From contig NC_067399.1 in assembly GCF_016432865.1 (NCBI RefSeq), positions 11,098,001 through 11,162,000 on the forward strand: a DNA stretch of 64,000 nucleotides, written 5' to 3'. Below the pieces are notes generated by a model. That model made no database searches. It had not been told where the DNA came from and was given only the letters and a program-made list of their open reading frames with translations. The stretch is from Antechinus flavipes (Eukaryota). Shown one piece after another: positions 63,931 through 64,000 of this stretch. Position 1 is the stretch's first letter; the number at the start of each line of letters is the position of its first letter. The translations under genes were made by a program, and so were the position numbers.

Positions 63931-64000
63931 GGTCTGGGGGTCTTCAGGATTACTGCTATATTTCTTCAAGAAGCTGTACCTATTACCAGGAGAGGGCAAA

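Noticed and set aside
63915-63960. Bornavirus P-like EDPQTL on the minus strand
   Set aside because: Isolated 6-aa match with no flanking similarity; expected by chance.

Overview
Mammalian, almost certainly marsupial, AT-rich non-coding DNA (intergenic or inside a very long intron). The L1 3' UTR style and the CORE/RTE SINE mix suggest a dasyurid such as the Tasmanian devil; this is inference from recalled repeat consensus, not a search. There are two sized assembly gaps (12858-12986, 25043-25465). I find no supportable host protein-coding gene, RNA gene or CRISPR array. Every recognisable ORF is retrotransposon debris (RTE ORF at 3507-3695, L1 ORF2 at 27222-27778, decayed L1 ORF1/endonuclease, L2 RT). 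The other listed ORFs are chance-length or run through microsatellites or N gaps. Repeats dominate: old and young L1, L2, CR1/L3, RTE, MIR/Mar1-type SINEs, hAT MITEs, a clean solo LTR with a 6-bp TSD, and simple repeats. The most interesting signals lie in non-repeat islands. Two plus-strand AG|GT recursive-splice-like sites sit about 51 kb apart (9465, followed by a 75-nt exon with stops in all frames, and 60225). There are also CpG-retaining candidate enhancers (triple CRE at 34.3 kb, RE1-like at 26.5 kb, T-MARE plus CRE at 63.1 kb) and several small retrotransposition oddities. I found no convincing novel system; family names and most boundaries are approximate.
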